Shown in pieces: positions 17,615-26,473 of a DNA stretch of 63,283 bases (position 1 is the stretch's first letter; every line of letters starts with the position of its first letter). The notes under the pieces were generated by a model. The model saw nothing but the letters and a program-made list of their open reading frames with translations. It did not search any database and was not told where the DNA came from. This DNA comes from Candidatus Abzuiibacterium crystallinum (GTDB lineage: Bacteria > Omnitrophota > Omnitrophia > Omnitrophales > Abzuiibacteriaceae). The position numbers and the translations under genes were made by a program. The DNA lies in contig PCVY01000022.1 in the NCBI GenBank assembly GCA_002787155.1, positions 29,336 through 92,618 on the forward strand, read 5' to 3'.

Positions 17615-19201
17615 TTAAACGGTTACCAAATTTTCTGCCTTCATAAATTTTTGAAACGATAGAATAATTTTGGTTCCTTTATCAGGCAAACTCTTTACCT
17701 CAATGGTGCCGTGATGCGCTTCGATGATCCCTTTCACGACAGAAAGCCCGAGTCCCGTTCCTTTTCTTTTCGTACTGTAAAATGCTTCAAAGATCTTTGC
17801 CAGATCGTCCTCCCGTATGCCTTCTCCGGTATCCTCTACTTCAACACGTACAATTTGTTTGGCGCGGTTGGGTTGATCAAAATATTCGCGCTGGTCAATC
17901 GAAATGGTTAACAAACCGCCATGCAGCATGGCATCCGCTGAATTTAAAAATAAATTTAAGAAAACCTGTTCCAACATACCTTGATCTGCTTCCACAATGG
18001 GAACAGATGCGCTTGACATCACTTGCACGCGGATACCTTGCCGTTTCAAACGATGACCCGCCAAATGAAGCGCCGAATGAATCACTTCCAATAAACGGCA
18101 TGATTCCCAATGCGGAGGCGATTGCCGCGCGTAGCGTAGTAGATTATTGACCGTCCGTTCAATTTTTTCAATCTGTGTTTTGACTTCTTCATAGACCGCT
18201 TCATTGCCCGTACTTTTCAACTCATTTCGGAGCGCATGAAAAGCTGAACTAATGGCTGCCAAAGGGTTTTTAATTTCGTGCGAAATATTGGATACAAACT
18301 GACCGATAGATGCCAATCGATTGGACTGCGCTAACTCATGCCTATGCTGCCGGCTGATTCGATTTTGTGCCATTTGGATCCCATGAATCATGGTGTTAAA
18401 ACTCTTGGCTAACCGCCTGAGTTGTGGATCTTCGCGGATGCTCGTGCGAACATCCAACTCTCCTTGCTCGGCTCTTTCCATGACTTGCATAAGTTTGTTA
18501 AGCGGCCTCTTCACAATCCGGTGAACCAACCATTGAATGAGCAGCGCGATAAAGAAGATTAAAATGACGCCCAGGCAAATAAATAAAATATTGTTGGAGA
18601 CGAACCGTTGGTAAATCGATGATAAAGGAATAAAAAGTTCTATGCCGTTGATGCGGTTTCCGGTTTCGTCCCGACACCAAGGGCAAGTGGCATTGATTTT
18701 GATTGGTTGAATAATATGCAATCTCTCTTTGATGCCTTGACCGACAAACTCCGTAAAAGCATTGTCTTGCGTCACACGGTTAGTTTGTCCGGACAGAACG
18801 GTGGCCTGCCTGCCCAACTGTTCCGGTGAAGAAGAAAAGGTAATGAGACCATCCTCATTGAATGCATTAATCTCCTGTACGTCGAAATTTTGCTTGTCAT
18901 AACCGGTTTTTAAAAACCGATCAATGTCTTCGGGCTGCGCTGTCTCATCTAAAAGAATCTCGATTAATTTAGATTTGATTAATTGTGCATGATAAAGCGC
19001 TGTCGTGATGGATGTCTCCGCAATCCGTTGTTGGGATATATTCATCAGTAAGAAAGTACCAAAGCCAACCGTCAAACAAACGATGATGCTGACTGCCCCA
19101 ACCAATTTAACGGTAAGAGATTGCTGGCTAAACCATTTCCAAAGTTTCAGCTGTCGGCGGGTTTTGAAGAAGAGGAAAAATTTTTTCTTTAGCATTGCCA
19201 T
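17615..19201 (-). CDS. Sensor histidine kinase (two TM helices, periplasmic sensor, HAMP, HisKA, HATPase_c)
   Basis: H-box SHEIKNPLAAI, N-box FLNLFLNSADAM, G1 VEDTGEGI, G2 GTGLGLSV, and a HAMP segment after TM2. The track start at 19264 is probably too early; ATG at 19201 (MAMLKKKFF) sits just before TM1. Confidence 0.85.
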   Translation of the reverse strand: MAMLKKKFFLFFKTRRQLKLWKWFSQQSLTVKLVGAVSIIVCLTVGFGTFLLMNISQQRIAETSITTALYHAQLIKSKLIEILLDETAQPEDIDRFLKTGYDKQNFDVQEINAFNEDGLITFSSSPEQLGRQATVLSGQTNRVTQDNAFTEFVGQGIKERLHIIQPIKINATCPWCRDETGNRINGIELFIPLSSIYQRFVSNNILFICLGVILIFFIALLIQWLVHRIVKRPLNKLMQVMERAEQGELDVRTSIREDPQLRRLAKSFNTMIHGIQMAQNRISRQHRHELAQSNRLASIGQFVSNISHEIKNPLAAISSAFHALRNELKSTGNEAVYEEVKTQIEKIERTVNNLLRYARQSPPHWESCRLLEVIHSALHLAGHRLKRQGIRVQVMSSASVPIVEADQGMLEQVFLNLFLNSADAMLHGGLLTISIDQREYFDQPNRAKQIVRVEVEDTGEGIREDDLAKIFEAFYSTKRKGTGLGLSVVKGIIEAHHGTIEVKSLPDKGTKIILSFQKFMKAENLVTV

Positions 19202-19375
19202 TTGACGAACGCCTCGGTTCTTAAGAGACTTGGGCAAGCTGAGGAAGCCTTGCCTTCGTCTCACCGAAGGCTACAAGCCTCTCCCGAAATGCCTGAAAGG
19301 CTGATTCTATCATGAGGAAATGCCTTGGGGAAAGGTCAAAAACACCTACTTTGGCGGCTCGGAAAAGAGGTATTC

Positions 19376-20809
19376 TTAAGAGGGATTTTGTTTGAGATCG
19401 TCATCCGTTCTTTCTTCTTCTTTGGTAATGAGGCCTGTTTTCATGCTCCAATTCATCGGATAGTGATCAGGGTCAAAAATCGTAAAATAAAAGTGCCAAA
19501 CAATAATCGCAAGCGTTGCTAAAACTGCTTCATAAAAATGAATGGTAAGCGCCACATCCAAAATCCACTTGGGGAAATAACGCATGGTAAAATCTTCGAA
19601 TGTCATCAAAATGCCCGTGGCAATCATGACAACGGAGCCCCATACCAATGCCCAGTATTCCATTTTTTCAATGTAATTATAGCGTTGAAATTTTGGTTTC
19701 TCTTTTATTTTTCCCAGATTATATTTCATCAACTGAGTAAAATCTTTTGCATCCTTTTTTCTGAAAAAGAATGCTTTCAGTTGTTTCCTGCCTCGTTCCG
19801 TGAATAATAAAAAGAAAATATGATAAAGAGCTAATAAAGTAAAGAGGGCTGCCGCAAACCGGTGTACCACACCGCGCCAATCAAAATTAAAATGACCCAG
19901 TGTAAACGGAAATGCCCACCAGGCATTCGGCCACTTCAGCGCAAAACCCGTATAAGCTAGTACGCAAAAAGTGAGGGTCAGGATAGAATGTTGCATCCTC
20001 TCCACTTTGGTAAAACGCAGTTCCGTTGCTTCTGTTTTTTTGCGGAGATAGTGAAGCCTTAATTTCCGCAGAAAATCCAAGCCGTTATGAAGAAGCATGC
20101 CGCCGATGGTGAGAAAAATAACGGTTAAATAAACGGCGGTAATGTAATAAATAATTCTATCCTGCGTGGGTGAAGGCGCTAAATGGACGGAGCCTTTTGC
20201 TAATTGATCACCCGCATTGGGATGACACTTCCCGCATGTTTTGGACAAATTGCGTTCATTGACTGACGAATTCGGATCACTGGAAGGTAAAATATTATGA
20301 GCGCCGTGGCAACTCGCGCAATTGGCAACGGTGGTCACGCCATATTGATTGGCCATGCCATGATAACTTTCCAAATAGGTCTTAACACTATCGGACGGCA
20401 ACCGGTATTTGGTCGTTATTTTTTCTGCTGCATGGCAATGTCCGCAAGTTTTAACGGATAAAGTGGTTGAATAAACGGACGATTCCGGATCTTTAGCGCC
20501 GCGGATGGTATGCTCTCCGTGGCAATCGGTGCAAACCGGCGTTTCTAATTTGCCGGCCCCGGCAGCTTTGCCGTGAATGCTCCGCTCGTAAGTTTTAAGT
20601 ACGTTTTCATGGCATTTCCCGCATGTTTTGGGAATATTATTGCGATAAATTTTAGACTCCAGATTGGTGGGTGCGTGCAGGTCGTGCGATCCGTGACAAT
20701 CGGTGCAAGTAGCGGCAGACACCAATCCTTTATCGGTAAATGCCCGGCCGTGAACGGTTTCCGAATAGGATTTCAAAGGTGCTTTCTCAAGCAAATCAAA
20801 AGGTGCCAT
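19376..20809 (-). CDS. C-terminal fragment of a CbcL-like cytochrome: 6 haem c motifs plus a membrane b-type cytochrome (HydC/FdnI-like) domain
   Basis: CTDCH, CGKCH, CTDCH, CGHCH, CASCH, CGKCH, followed by a 4-5 TM domain with ERMQHS…H…H spacing typical of Ni/Fe-hydrogenase/FdnI b-type subunits. It has no signal peptide of its own. Its ATG lies inside the A8 run that ends the upstream fragment. Confidence 0.8.
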   Translation of the reverse strand: MAPFDLLEKAPLKSYSETVHGRAFTDKGLVSAATCTDCHGSHDLHAPTNLESKIYRNNIPKTCGKCHENVLKTYERSIHGKAAGAGKLETPVCTDCHGEHTIRGAKDPESSVYSTTLSVKTCGHCHAAEKITTKYRLPSDSVKTYLESYHGMANQYGVTTVANCASCHGAHNILPSSDPNSSVNERNLSKTCGKCHPNAGDQLAKGSVHLAPSPTQDRIIYYITAVYLTVIFLTIGGMLLHNGLDFLRKLRLHYLRKKTEATELRFTKVERMQHSILTLTFCVLAYTGFALKWPNAWWAFPFTLGHFNFDWRGVVHRFAAALFTLLALYHIFFLLFTERGRKQLKAFFFRKKDAKDFTQLMKYNLGKIKEKPKFQRYNYIEKMEYWALVWGSVVMIATGILMTFEDFTMRYFPKWILDVALTIHFYEAVLATLAIIVWHFYFTIFDPDHYPMNWSMKTGLITKEEERTDDDLKQNPS

Positions 20810-21294
20810 TTTTTTTCGTCTTCATGACATTTGGCGCAAGTTTCCGCGATGTTGACACGATTGACCGGCGAGTCTTCGCGGCGAGAACCGAGAATTTGGT
20901 GGGGTTCCCCGTGACAATCAAGACATGCCGCTGCCGGCAGGCCGGATTTCAGAGCAATCCCGTGATCGGATGCGGTATAAATATCCGATTCCAATCGGTG
21001 ACATTCACCGCATTTGACCGGAACTAATTTATCCTCGTGCGGGATTTCATGAATGTCACTGTGACAAGAAGTGCATAAATGCCCGCCATGCGCAGAACGG
21101 GAAAATTTTTCCGCATGCATGGTATCGTGGCAGAGAAAGCAATCATCATTTTGAATTTTTGGCGAAGGCGCGGGATGGTTTGCTGTTGATGCCGCTGGAG
21201 CAGACGGCATGCCGGTATTATCAGCTTTCGTTTGGAAAGAGCATGCTAATGTCAGACAGATAGTTAAAAGGAATTTTCTTCGCAACAACATCAT
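20773..21294 (-). CDS. N-terminal fragment of the same CbcL-like cytochrome: signal peptide plus 5 haem c motifs
   Basis: Signal peptide MMLLRRKFLLTICLTLA…, then CFLCH, CTSCH, CGECH, CLDCH, CAKCH. After the A8 run (20809-20816) the frame runs 12 more codons to a stop and overlaps the downstream fragment by 37 nt. Confidence 0.8.
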   Translation of the reverse strand: MMLLRRKFLLTICLTLACSFQTKADNTGMPSAPAASTANHPAPSPKIQNDDCFLCHDTMHAEKFSRSAHGGHLCTSCHSDIHEIPHEDKLVPVKCGECHRLESDIYTASDHGIALKSGLPAAACLDCHGEPHQILGSRREDSPVNRVNIAETCAKCHEDEKKWHLLICLRKHL

Positions 21295-21318
21295 GGTTAA
21301 CCGTTCGGTTGATTAAAA

Positions 21319-22833
21319 TTAATCTGCACCGCCTGTATGACAATCGTAACAGGCCATTTCTTTCCACATTTCTTCAATATCTTCCGGATGTTTGAATTCA
21401 AGCCCATCAACAGAAGTTTCGGGCATATCAGGCGGACCTTGCGCAATAATACTATGACAACTTTTACAATCATGGGAAATCGCATTGCCGGTTTCGGTTT
21501 TGTGTTTGCCGTCATGACATCGAAAACATCCCGGAAAAATCATGTGCCCAATGTGATTGGGGTATTCTTTCCATGAAACGTTCATTTCTGGGAAAAAGTT
21601 GTGCTCGTAAATACGCGCTACTTCATCAATGGAAGATTTTAAACTGACTTGTTTCCCCGTCCAAACTTCCGGGTATTCTTTTTGGTAAAATTCCATTAAT
21701 TTGCTTCTGATTTTTGTCACGGCTTCTTCTTTGGTCTCATATTCTCCCGTCAGCGCTTTCACCGCTTCACGTTTGATATACGGCAGCGACCGGTCAATTG
21801 CTTCAAAAGCCATGGCTTCATTCACTGCCACCGAAGGCGATTTATAATTGTGACTGGGACGATTGTGACAATCCATGCAATCCATCCGGCGAAGCTCGCC
21901 TTTGGGGGGATTTTCAGACGAGTATTCTGATTCTTCATCCACAAATACTTGTTCCGTTCCGTCAGGACCAATCATCTTTATCCACGGAATCTTTTCTCTT
22001 TTTTCATCGGCCGCGATGTAATACATCTTGTTATTAATGTTCATATGCCAGTGAATGCCGCCCCGCTTGCCAAATTGCGGCGCTCCGCCGCCGACAAACA
22101 TCAGCATTCTTGTTTGCCAAGGTGTATTGTTTTCATCCGGAAGAAAATATTCATAATCTTGCTCAATGGCGCCGAAAAATTTTTGCGGCCAATGACATTG
22201 CTCACAAGTTTCCTGCGCCGGACGTAAATTTTTAACCGGGGTCTCAATCGGGCGTGAAAATTTATTGGCAATTACTGAATAAATCTGGTAACTCCCCGAT
22301 AGTTTTGACTTAATGAACCAGTCAGCTCCAGGTCCGATATGACATTCGGCACAAGTCACGCGGGCGTGGGGTGAATGATGATAAGCCACATACTCAGGCT
22401 CCATCACGACATGGCACATTTTGCCGCAAAAGGTAACCGACTCGGTAAATTCATAAGCGCGAAAAGCGCCAAACATAGAAAAAATTAAAAATGCGGTCAC
22501 GATGGCAATGCTGGTATAAGCCCACTTCTGGTGGAGCGGATTGTTAAAATCGATATGAGGAAATCTGCGGACGTAGCCCCTTTTTTGACGTTTGGATCTT
22601 TCACGAAACGCACCAATCGGAATCAGCAAAAGACCGATGGTAAGGAAAATGGGAAGGATGAGGTAAGTCACAGCTCCCAAATAGGGATTATGTTCTTTGC
22701 CGAGAAAATCGAGAGTGACAAAAACTAGGATCACGGCAAAAAAGACGCTGGACAGAATAGCACCGATCACACTTAACCAATTTTGGAAAAGACTTCTTGG
22801 TTGATTTTTCGGCTCAGGCTGATTGTTCACCAA
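21319..22833 (-). CDS. Heptahaem inner-membrane cytochrome, ImcH-like (NapC/NirT-related)
   Basis: N-terminal TM helices, then CGKMCH (CX3CH), CAECH, CEQCH, CMDCH, CFRCH, CKSCH, CYDCH. The start is not ATG (TTG at 22833 or GTG at 22830, with AAGGA upstream). Confidence 0.7.
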   Translation of the reverse strand: MVNNQPEPKNQPRSLFQNWLSVIGAILSSVFFAVILVFVTLDFLGKEHNPYLGAVTYLILPIFLTIGLLLIPIGAFRERSKRQKRGYVRRFPHIDFNNPLHQKWAYTSIAIVTAFLIFSMFGAFRAYEFTESVTFCGKMCHVVMEPEYVAYHHSPHARVTCAECHIGPGADWFIKSKLSGSYQIYSVIANKFSRPIETPVKNLRPAQETCEQCHWPQKFFGAIEQDYEYFLPDENNTPWQTRMLMFVGGGAPQFGKRGGIHWHMNINNKMYYIAADEKREKIPWIKMIGPDGTEQVFVDEESEYSSENPPKGELRRMDCMDCHNRPSHNYKSPSVAVNEAMAFEAIDRSLPYIKREAVKALTGEYETKEEAVTKIRSKLMEFYQKEYPEVWTGKQVSLKSSIDEVARIYEHNFFPEMNVSWKEYPNHIGHMIFPGCFRCHDGKHKTETGNAISHDCKSCHSIIAQGPPDMPETSVDGLEFKHPEDIEEMWKEMACYDCHTGGAD

Positions 22834-22919
22834 TATTCCTTAAAAAAGTAGAAAGAAAAACTCTGTCATTAATTTCTTAATGTTGTCATTACATATATCG
22901 AATCAAAAAAGATTTCTCT

Positions 22920-23474
22920 TCAACCTTTTGGCACTGGATGCTTAATCTTCTCCCAGCTTTCATGGAAATCGAAAGATTTGAAGGACGGAGATTCCGGGTT
23001 GTGGCACTTCTGGCAGGTGGCTTCATTGGGGATAACTAAGCCTGCGGCAATCGCGGCATCCTGATCTTCCATCACACTCTTTTTCATGTAATCTTTCCCC
23101 GGACCATGACAAGATTCACATGAAACCCCTTCTTCGACAGGGACAAAACTGGTGACCATTTCTTCGCTAAATCCGTAAGCCGTGGAATGACATTTCAAGC
23201 ATTTACCGCTTGTTTGAGGATCATCAACGCCTAGTTTAGCGCCCGCTTCTTTGGCTTCCGGCGTTCCCAAAGTTTCGATCGCTTTGGCATGTTTAGAATT
23301 TAACCAAATACCATACTGATCACCTTGTTCCGGTTTTTTGTGACAAATGGAACATTTTTTAGCCCCTATAAATTCATGGGCAAACGATTCCGCCATGGCT
23401 GGCGGTGCGAACCACAAAAAAACGGTGAGTACGATAAAGCCTTGCATCCATCCAAAATAAAGTTTTTCTTTCAT
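22920..23474 (-). CDS. Tetrahaem c-type cytochrome (cytochrome c554-like), secreted
   Basis: Signal peptide ending PPAMA/ES. CSICH, CLKCH, CESCH, CQKCH. 184 aa. Confidence 0.85.
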   Translation of the reverse strand: MKEKLYFGWMQGFIVLTVFLWFAPPAMAESFAHEFIGAKKCSICHKKPEQGDQYGIWLNSKHAKAIETLGTPEAKEAGAKLGVDDPQTSGKCLKCHSTAYGFSEEMVTSFVPVEEGVSCESCHGPGKDYMKKSVMEDQDAAIAAGLVIPNEATCQKCHNPESPSFKSFDFHESWEKIKHPVPKG

Positions 23475-23512
23475 GGCATTCTCCTTGTTAGAATTAATGA
23501 TGCTTCATTTGA

Positions 23513-24682
23513 TCATTTAACTTCTGCATCTGTCAACTTAGCCATATGCTCAGCCGCGGTTCCTGCATGCGGTAAACCGTAAACATCGAAGTAATAGGTT
23601 TTCCCAAAAAGTTGCCGTTCCGTTTCAGACAAATAACCTACGACCCCAAAAATAAATAATGACAATAACACCAGGATGCAAAACCCAACCGCAAAAGGAC
23701 GCTTGCGCGGATCCCGTTCTTTGTTTCTATCCAGAAAAGGCCACAAGAACAAAAAGATCGGCGCTAAGGTAACGACAAAAATACCGGCTAACTTTGGGAA
23801 ATATTTTAGAACTTGGTAGAAAGGCAGGAAGTACCATTCCGGCTTGATGGCGTGAGGTGTCGTGAGCGGATCTGCTTTTTCACCAAGATCAAATGGCGCC
23901 AAAATAGCCAACGTAATTAAAATACCAAGTAAAATATAGAAAACAATACCTTCCTTTAAAACATGGGTCGGAAAGAAAGGCGTGCCGTGTGCTTTATCCA
24001 CTTCTTTTTCCTCATCGACTCTCTCCATGGTTGCAACCCCTTGCAAACGAACCAAAAATAAGTGAATAAGGACAAGTAGAACAAGGAGCCACGGCAAAAT
24101 AATCACGTGAATCACAAAAAATCTAGAGAGAGTTTCACTGCCGACAGACGGTCCGCCGCGCATGAGTGTTCTAATCCATTCACCCACAATAGGCACTGAA
24201 CCGGCCACTTCGGTGCCCACGGTAGTTGCCCAGTAGGCCAATTGATTCCAAGGCAGCAAATAACCTGTAAAACCAAAAATCATGGTGAAAATAAACAAGA
24301 AGACGCCAAAAATCCAAGTGACTTCGCGCGGTTTTTTGTAAGAGCCTGTGATATACGTCCTTAGCATATGAAGAAAAACAACAATGACCATTAAATTAGC
24401 CCCCCAAGCATGCACCTGGCGGTATAACCAACCCATATAGGGTTTGGTCATGATAAATTTGACGCTCTCGAAAGCTTCGTTAACAGTGGGACGGTAATAC
24501 ACCAACAACAAGATGCCTGTTACAACTTGACTTAAAAATAAGAAAAGCGACATGCTGCCTAAAGTGTGGAACCAGCCAACATTATGCGGCAAGGGTTTCT
24601 TGAGTTGTTTTTCAACCGGCCCGCGCATTTTATCGACATCAAAACGCTGTCGTACCCAGGCATCTACCAAACGTTTAATCAT
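23513..24682 (-). CDS. Cytochrome b of a Rieske/cyt b complex (unsplit: b6-like plus subunit-IV-like parts in one chain)
   Basis: N-terminal GWFHTLGSMSLFLFLSQVVTGILL…YRQVHAWGANLMV (haem b His ligands) and C-terminal PEWYFLPFYQ motif. 389 aa. Confidence 0.9.
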   Translation of the reverse strand: MIKRLVDAWVRQRFDVDKMRGPVEKQLKKPLPHNVGWFHTLGSMSLFLFLSQVVTGILLLVYYRPTVNEAFESVKFIMTKPYMGWLYRQVHAWGANLMVIVVFLHMLRTYITGSYKKPREVTWIFGVFLFIFTMIFGFTGYLLPWNQLAYWATTVGTEVAGSVPIVGEWIRTLMRGGPSVGSETLSRFFVIHVIILPWLLVLLVLIHLFLVRLQGVATMERVDEEKEVDKAHGTPFFPTHVLKEGIVFYILLGILITLAILAPFDLGEKADPLTTPHAIKPEWYFLPFYQVLKYFPKLAGIFVVTLAPIFLFLWPFLDRNKERDPRKRPFAVGFCILVLLSLFIFGVVGYLSETERQLFGKTYYFDVYGLPHAGTAAEHMAKLTDAEVK

Positions 24683-24722
24683 GATTTAATTCCTTTGTAC
24701 CTCAAAAAAACCGGCGATCATT

Positions 24723-25184
24723 TCATAACTTCACAAAAATTTTTCCATCAACTACTCTGACTGTGTGACCAACCAAAGATTTAGGCGGCGGTCCCGAAAT
24801 CACCCTGCCTTCAACATCAAAAAACCCGGCATGACAGGGGCATTCAATGAGGCGTTTATCAGCACTCCATTCAACCAAACAACCCAAATGCGTACACACA
24901 GCCGAATAAGCCTTAAAACTCTGAGGTGTTCTTAAAAGAATCATCGGACTTTCCCCGATCGAAATCTTTTTTGCTCCCCAAACTGCAAGATCATCTTCAC
25001 GGCCCACTTCCACCATACCGCCGACAGGCCCCCTTCTTGTCACGGGCCATAAATAGGTAAGCGCCGGCAAAAACATACCCAAAAGCGTTGCCAAAAACCC
25101 GCCTTTAAGAATCCAATCTAAAAAATGACGTCTTGACGTTTCCGGCTGTTCTGCATGATTTGTTTTCATATCGGACACGGTCAC
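24723..25184 (-). CDS. Rieske [2Fe-2S] protein
   Basis: Twin-arginine-like N-terminus (TSRRHFLDW). Cluster boxes CTHLGC and CPCHAG. GTG start. Confidence 0.9.
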   Translation of the reverse strand: MTVSDMKTNHAEQPETSRRHFLDWILKGGFLATLLGMFLPALTYLWPVTRRGPVGGMVEVGREDDLAVWGAKKISIGESPMILLRTPQSFKAYSAVCTHLGCLVEWSADKRLIECPCHAGFFDVEGRVISGPPPKSLVGHTVRVVDGKIFVKL

Positions 25185-25195
25185 CTACTCCGTTC

Positions 25196-26473
25196 TTAAT
25201 CTTTTTGATTTTTTAACTGCTTATATTTTCGGTAAAGCACCAAAACCATGATCACGATAAATACCCAAATCGGAACCAGCATCCACTGTCTTTGCTTATG
25301 GCTCAGCCGCTTATGGCGTATCGAGCGTTCAATCTCATCCGTGCTTTTTACAATAGCATCATGCCGCTCCGTCAGAAAATGATTGTTCAAGGTATGCTGG
25401 ACCGACTTAATTTCGATGAGGTGCGTTTTCACTTCTTCCAAGTTAGCCGCTTCTTCCTCCACAAAAAATCCTTCGATGGCTGCCTGTTTGACCGTTCCTT
25501 TTGTTTTTTCAAACGCTTGCTCGGCGTTATTTAATTCGCGTTCGATGGCTTGGCCAAGTTGATATTCGGTTGTGCCCGTTGCGTGACAATTTAAACACGC
25601 CTTCTCGTACAACGCGGCGGTGGGATGTTGAACATCATGAAATCCGTGACAAGACGTACACTCCGAGAATTTTCCTTCCACCATGGCCGCCGCATGCGGA
25701 CTTTCCAGAAAATATTTTTTCTCATTCACATGACATTTACCGCAGGTCGCTCCCAGGTCTTTTACGCCGGGCGGCACGGCCCCATGACTGCCGTGGCAAG
25801 CCGCACAATTGGCAACCGCAAGATTTCCTTTTTCAAAAAGGGCTTTGCCGTGAACGCTTTCACGGTACTGATCAAACACATCTGTCGGATGATGATAAGG
25901 TTCCATTAAACGTTCATTGCCGTGGCAATGGTTGCAGGTTTTTGGAACGTTTGATGGGTAAACCGGGCTGTTGGGATCACTCACCGCGATCACATCGTGA
26001 TAACCGTGACAATCCATACAGGCTGCGGCTTTCATATCATGATCGACCATCACGCGTTTGCCGTGTGTGCTGGTGAGGTAGCGCGCCAATTGATCGGTTC
26101 GAATGCCATAGGGATTCATAAATTCGACATTGGCATGACAGTTACCGCAACGCTGGACAGCTTGGTCTTTTTCAGGAACACCGATGTAACCGGTTTCCGG
26201 CCCTTTCGCAAGCGCTTGATCTGCTTGCGCCGGATCTCCCCCATGACAATCTTGGCAGGCAACACCATTTCGGCTATGGATGCTTGCCTGCATTTCTTCC
26301 CAGTAATCCGAATGGCAAGCAATGCATTGATTTTCATTGTCAGTATTGGCAAATAAAGGGTGGGTGGAAAGAAAGAGAAGAATGATCAGGATGCCAAAAT
26401 AGACAAAAAAACTCCCTCTCTCATTGGTAATGAAATGAGCAGCCTGATGATTCAAATTGCGATGATGACTCAC
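25196..26473 (-). CDS. Nonahaem c-type cytochrome with N-terminal signal/anchor and C-terminal TM helix
   Basis: CIACH, CQDCH, CGNCH, CMDCH, CNHCH, CAACH, CGKCH, CTSCH, CLNCH. C-terminal WMLVPIWVFIVIMVLVLY. GTG start with GGAG 4-5 nt upstream. First gene of the co-directional cluster. Confidence 0.85.
   Translation of the reverse strand: MSHHRNLNHQAAHFITNERGSFFVYFGILIILLFLSTHPLFANTDNENQCIACHSDYWEEMQASIHSRNGVACQDCHGGDPAQADQALAKGPETGYIGVPEKDQAVQRCGNCHANVEFMNPYGIRTDQLARYLTSTHGKRVMVDHDMKAAACMDCHGYHDVIAVSDPNSPVYPSNVPKTCNHCHGNERLMEPYHHPTDVFDQYRESVHGKALFEKGNLAVANCAACHGSHGAVPPGVKDLGATCGKCHVNEKKYFLESPHAAAMVEGKFSECTSCHGFHDVQHPTAALYEKACLNCHATGTTEYQLGQAIERELNNAEQAFEKTKGTVKQAAIEGFFVEEEAANLEEVKTHLIEIKSVQHTLNNHFLTERHDAIVKSTDEIERSIRHKRLSHKQRQWMLVPIWVFIVIMVLVLYRKYKQLKNQKD

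Noticed and set aside
19376-21294. Treating 20773..21294 and 19376..20809 as two genuine independent cytochrome genes
   Set aside because: The downstream fragment lacks any signal peptide although it carries six haem c sites. The two frames overlap by 37 nt and join seamlessly by a 1-nt shift inside an A8 run.
25501-26076. 191-aa plus-strand ORF. The same applies to the similar antisense ORFs inside cytochrome genes, for example 15535..15921, 25997..26356 and 20740..21027.
   Set aside because: They are antisense to genes with dense CXXCH motifs. Their Arg/His/Cys-rich translations are mirror artefacts of the haem-motif codons.
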